A stretch of 62,274 nt of DNA, counting the filler, from Platydemus manokwari (Eukaryota), in NCBI GenBank assembly GCA_037951405.1. It is 6 parts of 6 records of this genome, joined end to end, with 100 filler letters (N's around TTAATTAATTAA, not from the genome) between each part and the next. Parts side by side here need not be neighbours in the genome. Positions count along the whole stretch, not along the records: positions 53,226 to 62,274 come from JBBMOY011307761.1; 5 more parts are not named here. The stretch is one strand, 5' to 3'. The notes under the pieces were generated by a model. It was not told the DNA's origin, did not search any database, and saw only the letters and a program-made list of their open reading frames with translations. Position 1 is the first letter of the stretch. Every line of letters begins with the position of its first letter. The position numbers were made by a program, and so were the translations under genes. Shown piece after piece: positions 53,321 to 62,274 of this stretch.

Positions 53321-54200
53321 GATTGTACAATTCCACAATATTTCACAAATGAATTTACTTCAAACATCTTGGGCTCTTTGATATCCTTCTTCTAATATTC
53401 CACTTAATTTAAATTTAAAATAAAAATATTCAATTGATGGTAAACTTGTTTCATTTAATATTTCAAATGATGTTATATAAATATAGGTATAAATTTCATT
53501 TTATTTCCTTAATGGAGGGTATTCATTAAACTCTTTTTTTAGCTAAATAAATTCTTCATTTGTCATAGATTGACTTAAAAAATTAAAAGAACTTTTAAAT
53601 AATCTTAATGAATATATAAATCTTATACATCAATAGTTAATCGAAATATAGGTTTCGGAGGTAAATGGCAATATTTTAATTTTATCATTTTATTTCTTGG
53701 CTAGTTATCTTATTATAAGCCGAAAATCATATTTGGATCCATTATGAAAATATAATAGGAAATAATTTGGTCTTCTAGTTAATGAATTGCAAAACTGACA
53801 AGCTGCCTCTCTATTATTTTTCTCCTTTAGATAATAATCGCGATCTCTTACATTTTCAGTTTCTGGGCTTTCTTCACTTCAAAAGAAGCTTCAGAAAAAT
53901 ATTTTATTACACTAAATGCAAATTAAAGTTATTATCTTATTCCTCACTCATATTAGTTGCAAAATCAACTTAAAATTTTTGGAGAAATTTGTCTTTATTA
54001 TTTACATTTATGATTTAATTCCCATTTTATAAAACGTTCGAAAATTTTAATATATACATAATAAGTTCTTCCATTTTTACTTAAATATAATAACTTAATA
54101 TTTTGATTATATCCTTGTTTATAAATACAAAAAATAGATTTGATTCAATTCCCATAAAATATTTCAACAAATTGTTTATAATTTTTATTTCGTTGTATAG
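53321..54200 (-). mobile_element. Fossil Maverick/Polinton-type (adintovirus-like) protein-primed family B DNA polymerase fragment
   Basis: A single frame, 53866->53321, reads ENVRDRDYY..NNREAACQFCNSL...LYFHNGSKYDFRLII...IKILPFTSETYISI...IRFIYSLRLFKSSF...LRK*NEIYTYIYITSFEILNETSLPSIEYFY...EEGYQRAQDV*SKF. It is collinear with the consensus KVRDHCH..YRGAAH..CNL..VFHNL.GYD..LII..IP...EKYISF..RFIDS....SSL..RKGVYPYEY.DS...NET.LP....FY..EDY..AQ.VW..F. Upstream NIKLLYLSKNGRTYYVYIKIFERF also fits. Confidence 0.85.
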
Positions 54201-54679
54201 TAAGCATAATAATCAACAGTACTCAATAAAAATAAATTATAAATTTAAATTAATGACGTAATTCAAAGAACCTAAATAACATAAGTTAAAATTTATGAAA
54301 AAATCATTTTAAAACAAATTTATAAACATTTTAGCGTTTTGTATGTTTATTAATTAAATTAAAAATGTTATGATTATTAAATAAATTTTCATTGCATTTT
54401 TAATTTGGACGATGGAGCAAACTAATTAATATTAAATGAGTTCTGTGATGCGTTTAATTTAAAATTTTTGACACACAATAAATAAATTTTAAATTTAAGA
54501 CAATTTTTCTGCTTGATATTTTTGAATCATTTTTAATATTGTTTAAATACTGTATCTTATAGATTATCTACTGTAAACAATTGATGTGGTATATTTTACG
54601 TTTTAAACTTATTTTATTTTGAACATGCAATAAATTTAAATTTCGATTATAAAATTATTTGCTTTTAGATATTTTCAAT

Positions 54680-57600
54680 ATGAATGGTCATTCAGATGGA
54701 TCAAACTATAATCAAAATTACGACAATTTATATTGTCAATATATGACTCCTTATAGTCAGAGTTCTGTTTATCCTCAAAATTATCAGAATGATTATAATT
54801 ATTCTCAAACAACAAACAAACCTAATACGATAAATTCTAATGTACCAAATAATTATATACAATCACCACCTATCAATCAAACCAATCAGTTGACTAATAA
54901 TTTATCAGTGAATTACCAGACTCCAAATTCCTATGTAAATCCATATCCTGCACATGCTACAACTCAATTACCATACAACTCCGCCTTTCAAACCTACCCT
55001 CCAAGTGTGTTTTCACCACCAAACATTGGTATGAATGTTCAAACTCCGATTTCTCAACCACATGAATATCAAAATCAACATTCTTCTGTACCTCAAAATT
55101 CTATATCGGATAAACTCAAAACTATGCAAATATCAAATAATTATCAAGAGAAAACTGTAAATTTAATGGAAAATAGAAATTTATTTTCAGAAGATTGCAG
55201 TAATGATTTCCCAACTGGTCCTCGAACGCCCTTTCCGGTAAATTAATTAATTTCGTATTATTTTTTGCTTTGATTTTAAATATATATGTATATATTCAAT
55301 TTAAATAAAAATTTGTTCTTTTTCGTGTAACTTAATAGATTTATTATATAATTAATATAAGTATCTCATTAATCAAAATAAAAAACTGTTAGAAATTTTA
55401 ATACTTTGATATGATTTAACATTATATTTATCTTGTTATACTGTTAATATACTTATAATTTAAGAAATTTAAAATATAGATTTATAATTATTATCCAACA
55501 TTTTATGTTGATGGTGAATATAACAATGAAATATATAACATGTTTAGGTGAACTGTGATCCAAAAATCATGCAATGCACTCTAAACACATTACCAGTTGA
55601 TTCCAATTTGCTTGTGAAAAGCAGATTGCCGTTGGGTGTTCATATTCAACCATTCAGAGATAGTGATATTGTGACAGTGTCCACAAATTCAATTGTCAGG
55701 TGTCGTCCATGTAGAACATATATCAATCCATTTGTCACATTAACGGATAATCAAAGACGGTGGCATTGTAATGTTTGCGGTAAAGTTAACGATATACCCG
55801 ATGAATTTATGTATGAACCTACTACAAAGGTAATTTAAATTTTTATCCAAATCATATTTTCTCAATTAATATTAATATTTCATTTATAGTTTATAATATT
55901 GAACAATTTCTATAAATATTTATATTCAACGAGGCTAAAATTTTATGGAAAAAAAATATAATTTATTGATTAATAATATATTTCACTTGGAAGCCAAACA
56001 TGCTCACTTCTCAAATTGACAAATTTATATAAAACAGAATTTTTCATTAATTTTTTTGTACTTCTACGTCATTTTTCACTTGATCCGATTTAAGCTTTAA
56101 ACTTTGAACATAGAAATATAATCGATTAATTCAATACACAAAATCAATTCTGAAGTTCAATCATGTATATTGAGATTGTAGAGTATTTTAGTTTTCACAC
56201 TTATAATAAACAATGGTATTCATTGATGTGTTTGTTGGTGGAGAAAATTGAAATGGTTGTTGTTATAATATATATCATGCTAAAGAGATTTTAGAAAATA
56301 ATTTGCTACCAACTGATTGAATATCCAAATGTTGATTTATTAATATTAAAAGAAATTCTATCAATGTGATTTATTCAGCATTTTCAAAAAGTTTCTTTTA
56401 ATATGTTATCCATTAATATTTGTACAGTATTCCTCTTCCTAATCGCCAATTCCTCTTAACCATCACATTTTTCTAATGATAAAAAATAAAGTTTATTTGA
56501 TTGTTCTTTATTAATTTTCTTATATTAAAACTCCTCTTGGCCGCTACATTTTTCCAATCCCCAAATTGCTAGTTAGGAGGAGGAATTATTGAATCATAAT
56601 TATCTGTTCGTTAAGAATTTAATATTTTCTATTTGAAATTATTTCAGTCACAAATCCTGTTATTTTATGTTAATGAATACATGGGATTAATATAAAATGA
56701 TGTTGATGAGCTGTACTTTTGTGTTGAATTATTATTTTCATATCCTAAATAATTTAACTAAAATTTATAAAATTAAATTGTTTCAAATATAAATCTTAGT
56801 ATTGCACTTCTATGATTGTGTGTATCACTTTGGAAATTTTTTGAAGTCCGGAAATGATATTTTCACAATCTTGAAGCATTAGAGTTTTGAATAAACTTAT
56901 TTTAAACAATTTTGTAAGTTGTTAATTCAAGCATTTCTTAACATGTTTTAACATACCTTGCATGAAAGTCCTATGTGAAATTAAGTTATTGGTCCTCTGA
57001 TTTAATTACAATTTGTTATTTTTCATTTTAATAAAAATTGATTTTTTTAAAATCATTAAGTATTTAAAAAACTGGTTTTTAAACAGCAATATATTTTTAA
57101 ATTAAAAATTTTTCCTTTTCATATCAATTTTGGTCTTTTTGACACTTCTCAAAGTTAAGAAGCTAAAGTTTTATTTAAGGTGATTTTGGGATTTTCATAA
57201 TTCATATCATGCCTTATTACATCGATTTTAAATAAGACATTTAGTTTGATTTCATATTCAGCCTCAACAACTTGTTTCGTTTCTTAGATATTAGAACTTA
57301 GCATTTTCATATTCTAATGATGATTTTCACTGACATTGATGCTATTTTATACTTTGGACATCTTAAAATTTAAAACGAATCAACTTACTACAAGCTTACT
57401 TTGGTAAGATATGAATTATTGATTAAATTAGTTTAAAAATAAATTAATATTAATTTATTAGTGTTATCTTGTTTTGCACTCTAAAACAAGCATGAGATTT
57501 TAAACATGAAACGAATCTTATTTTCTTAACATGCAAGTTAAACAACTCAAATTATTCAATATGTCAAGTAAGCGAAAGTGATATTCATATAATTTACCAA

Positions 57601-60600
57601 ACGGTTTCATCATCAAATTAATTACATATATTAGCTTCCATTTGATTTTAGGAATATGCCGCATAATTAGTGATTACTGTGTGTATAAGCGATTTAATCA
57701 TAACAATTTTTATCCGAAATAAAAAAAAATTGAGTTTCACTGTTTTAGTTTGTTTACATTTTTTACTTAATTATTTGAACTTTTGATTTTTGACATTTTC
57801 TATGTATTTGATTATTACTATCATAAATGTTCATTAGGTTAACACCGATTTATATTTCGATTACATCATTAGACCGTATATCGGATGTATTAATAATGTT
57901 TTTTGATTAAGCTTGGATAAGATTAAATTTGAGAGGTGTATAAAATCGATTCTCAAATAATTGGATTTAATAAAAATAATGTTACATAATAACTTTTAGA
58001 CCTATGGAAATCCATCACAAAGACCAGAATTAAAATTTTGCAATATTGAGTATACTGCAAATCCAGAATACACTGTTAGACCACCGATGTCTACAATGTA
58101 TGTGTTTTTATTGGATGTTAGTAAAGCTGCTATCGCCAGTGGTTACTTGCAACATACATGTAATATTATAAGGGAAAATTTAACAAAAATTCCTGGAGAT
58201 CGTCGTACACAGATTGCGTTTTTCACCTATAATTCATTTTTACATTATTATCAAATTCAAGGTAATTTATTGCAATTTGGAGAAAAATTATGATTTGTAT
58301 GTTTTCCAACAGAAAACTCTTATAAAATGGTAATATGGCCCGATATTGATGAAGTAGAATTACCATTCTCGGAAGATCTCCTAGTCAATTTAAATGAAAG
58401 ATCAGATATTATTTTAGAATTTTTAGAAAATTTGCCATCAAATTTTATGTCATCTAATGACTCAGGAAATTGTTTGGGATTTGCTATTCAAGTAAGAATA
58501 TAATATTTGATTGTCATATTATTATCATTTTACAATGTCTTTGATTTTATATTTTACATGAAATTTTATTATAATTAAATTGAACAAGATCTATTAAAAA
58601 ATATTTCTAATTGTATATAATCTGATATAATTTGTATTTGATTATGTATTATTGAATTAATGTTGTTATGAAACGACTTCAATAACAATTATTTGATTAT
58701 TTTATAATATTATGAATAAATTAATTTATGATAGTCATTTATGATTCTGAGTAGGGTTTTTACGACAACGGACTTACCAGGAAATCTTTTATTCAAATAA
58801 TATTTACTCCGTTTATAATGATGATATGATCAGGACTGGTCAATGATAATAATATTTCATATGTCATTTGTTTTTTATTATATGGGAATCAATATTATCA
58901 TGTATGGATTTTACTTTCAAGGTGACAATGAAACTGATTGGTCATAACGGTGGTCGTGTCACAATCATTAATGCATCTTTGCCAAATGCAGGCCCTGGCG
59001 AACTTAAGGTAAGGGAATGCAAGGACGGTGACATAAAAACATTACAGCCAGCCACAGATTTTTATAAATCATTGGCATTACAATGTGCAAATGATCAGGT
59101 GAAGTGAATCATGATTTAATATAATTAAGTTATGTTGAAATGTAGATTTCTGTGGATCTATTTTGTATAAATCGCCAATATTCTGATATTTCCAGTATTT
59201 CTGCTATCACCAGACATTCATCCGGTTGTCTACAATATTATGGTAATTTCAAGGCAGTTATGGAAGAAGGGCAGCTTTTAGAACCAGAGGAACAATTGGA
59301 TTTTGATAGATTCACAAAAGATTTCAAAAGATATCTCACAAGGAAGATTGGTTTTGAAGCAGTAATGAGAACCAGATTCACCAAGGGCTTGGATTTAACG
59401 GTGAGTTTCATACATTACCTGCTAGAATCATCAATTAATAGAGTTTAATTATTATAAACTACATTTAACAACCATGTAAGTGAATAATATAAGAATTATT
59501 ATTATTAATATTTGATTAATTGAATCGGATATAGCTTTTTGGTAATGATTTAGCCGGTTTAATATTATCAGTTTTTATCAAAAATAGATTACCATATTGC
59601 ATTTGTTTTCCAGTTGGTATTTCTGTTCCTTTAATTCCTTTTTTTGTTGACTGAATTAGTTAAGATTATATTTCATTTGTTTGATTGTATATATTTCTGT
59701 TGTCCGAGGAGTTTCATTTTCAGTTTATGGTTTTTGTATGAAAGGCCCGTGACCAGCAATGGTGAATGTGAATGGAATAGGTTTGAGTTCCAGTCCTGGA
59801 AATTAATGAATTATTAAATGATGGATTTGATATCTTGTATTGAGTTAACTCATTTCAAATGATGCTTTAAACTTTGATTTCGATATTTAATATTTAAGTA
59901 AATATGATGTCAAGAGTTTATAAAAAATAAGTATTTCTAATTTTTGAAATTTTGTTAGTCAGTGTTTTGAACTAGCATTTATTGATTTTAAACAAATTAT
60001 ATTTTCAATTATATTCCAATTATTAATATTCACTTAGAGCTAAAGAGCCATGATTGCCTTGACAATTAATAAAAACTTTCTAAAATCAAATGACAAACTG
60101 TTAATCAATGAATTGACATTCACTATGAATACTTTTTCAAAATCGAAAATTGAGAATATATGATATTTGTTGGTGATTATTATTTAAATATAATAAATTA
60201 ATATAACATAGAGTTTGTGGAACTTTATTTTCCATATTAATAATAATAAGAACATAATTATATGTTGTGATATTACAAATGTGACTAAACGATTATATTT
60301 AAATAGCTATTTTACTATAAACTATCGTTTGCAGCAATTCATATATATATAATTATTAGGCTTTCCACGGTAATCTTTTTATGCGATCCACTAATGTAAT
60401 AGCATTGCCTGTTGTTAACCCGGATAATAGCTATTTAATTCAATTCAAAATTAACAACAGTTTGAATGAATGGAACTACGTCATTATTCAGGTATTCGAA
60501 TTTCCCAAGATAAAACATTTATCATTGAACATATTACAGTCTGCATTGCTTTATACCACCAGTGATTCAGATCGCCGTATTCGTGTACATACTATGTGCC

Positions 60601-61436
60601 TTCCTATTTCCACAAAACTTGAGGACATTTTCTATAATGCCAATGGTTCAGCAATCACTGGTTTAATAACAAAAATTGCAGTTGATAAATGTATATCCAA
60701 TGGATTCAATAATGTCAGAGAAGCTTTTGTTAATTCTCTCGTTGATCCTTTGAAAGTTTTCAATACCATGCTGAATCAGAACTACACTAGAAAAGCACTA
60801 TTATGTCCATATAATATGAGATATCTAGCTCCATTTGTTCTAGGGTTGCTAAGGAATCCAGCCTTTCGAATGACCTCTTTGAATGTTGATGAGCGAATGG
60901 CCATTTTTGAATGTTTGAGAAGTCTGCCTTTGATCGATATTCTCCATCGTATATACCCGTATTTGATATCTGTCCATGAATTATCCGACAACATATCATT
61001 GCAAGTTTTGGCTAATAATGACGAAGATAACGTGGTTGAGGATAAATTTGCTTATCCAACCAGACTTAATTTAACAAGTGCTGTTATTTCACGCGATGGA
61101 GCTTATCTAATGGACACGGGCAGTAGTTTCTATTTGTTTCTTGGAAATAATGTTTCCGGTCAATTTTTAAACAATTGTTTCTCCATAAACCAACTTAACC
61201 AATTACCGAAAAATAGCCTCGTGACAAATTTCGATCTCAACAATCCACTTTCCAAGCGAATATTATCGATAAAGAAAATGATTGCCAATAGATCGATAGG
61301 AACGTCTGTGATCACTGTGCTACCAGACAGTAAAATAAGAAATCGTATATTAAATTATATGGTTGAAGATAGAATGGAGAATTCCATGTCCTATTTTGAA
61401 TTTTTGAAGAGTATTCAGTCATCCGTCTATTCATAA
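54680..61436 (+). CDS. SEC24: COPII cargo adaptor Sec24, A/B subclass, 913 aa. Exons 54680-55237, 55548-55829, 58000-58261, 58313-58491, 58922-59098, 59146-59400, 60360-60491, 60540-61436
   Basis: N-terminus rich in N/Q/P/Y. Zinc finger RCRPCRTYINPFV...RRWHCNVC, trunk YVFLLDVS, A/B-type RKIGFEAVMRTRFTKGL..AFHGNLFMRST, QSALLYTT...RRIRVHT, gelsolin-like DGAYLMDTG and C-terminal VEDR..SMSYFEFL. All seven introns are GT-AG and keep frame (310, 2170, 51, 430, 47, 959 and 48 nt). Confidence 0.96.
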
Positions 61437-62274
61437 TAATGATTGTACGCACATAATACTTCTGATGTGTCAACATAATAATTATTACCCGTCAAATAGT
61501 GATGATTGTGATTATTGGTTAATGAATGAGAATTGTATTTTATTTTGATTCTCTCTTATTTATTCATAAAATTTCCAGCACTTTATGAATATAATTTATC
61601 GGAAGTTTATTATATTTTATTAAATCAAAAAGAATCGAGTTTTACTGTTAGTTGGCGAAATTCAGATTTGTAATTTTTGCATGGACACGAATTTACAATA
61701 AATTCTATTCTTTTTGTAACATTGTTTCATTTGTTTGTCTCTTCTAATTGAAAAGTTAAATTATTTTTTTAATCATTTAAAAATTAATTACTTTTTCAAA
61801 AATTACTTTATAAGTATCATCTGATTAATTATCAGTTACACGATCAATTTATTTTTACTCTTCCATTGTGTATATTTCACTTGGAAATTTGGGAAAGAGA
61901 ATATGCCATCTTTGTTCTAACTATCATCAAATGCCACACCTAAATGAAATCAATAAAGATTGTACCAATTACCAACCTGGCATTGCTGAGATAGCATCAA
62001 CTATAAGGATTACTTATCAGTAATTCAATATTTGAATGCTTTACAGGTATAAGTAAATGTTTATAATTTCAATAAAACATCATTAGGTGGGAAAATGATG
62101 TTTATTGGTTTTTTGTTTTGTGATATTTTAAATTTGACTTTCATAAATAAAAGCACTATTGGTTATTAATTTACTATTTGTTAAAAGTTAAATTTTATTT
62201 CTAAAGTATTCTTATTATAAATCACACTTAAATTTCATATTTTAAATAATTTTTCGAAATCAACTAAATCTTAA

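Noticed and set aside
1-62274. CRISPR arrays, operons, tRNA/rRNA genes or an alternative genetic code
   Set aside because: No repeat-spacer arrays or cloverleafs were seen. All conserved genes translate cleanly in the standard code and end in TAG, TAA or TGA; in-frame stops occur only in TE fossils and unassigned decayed segments.

Overview
Very AT-rich eukaryotic (metazoan) draft-genome DNA, not prokaryotic. It consists of six contigs joined by artificial 100-nt spacers (N44-TTAATTAATTAA-N44). Minimal introns of 44-63 nt, (AAT)n microsatellites and the transposon mix suggest an invertebrate, possibly a triclad flatworm (inference only). Manual splicing gives six protein genes: a single-coding-exon Tob/BTG gene (-), MPC1 (+, with a 4-nt microexon, cut off by a gap), PHYHD1 (-, 3 exons, 293 aa), the last two exons of a striatin gene (+), an orphan gene with a 3.46-kb acidic, disordered exon carrying an AKAP-like amphipathic helix and a cluster of PKA sites (+), and SEC24A/B (+, 8 coding exons, 913 aa). 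Intergenic DNA holds many decayed mobile elements that the ORF track misses: a Merlin element with two internally deleted MITE derivatives, two mariner copies, a pogo fragment, a hAT MITE, a Maverick/Polinton-type DNA polymerase fossil, an LTR-retrotransposon gag and an RLE-type non-LTR 3' fragment. I found no tRNA, rRNA or CRISPR array, and no multi-gene novel system. The best leads are the MPC1 microexon, the AKAP-like orphan, the Maverick fossil and the Merlin family. All family assignments come from remembered motifs, not database searches.
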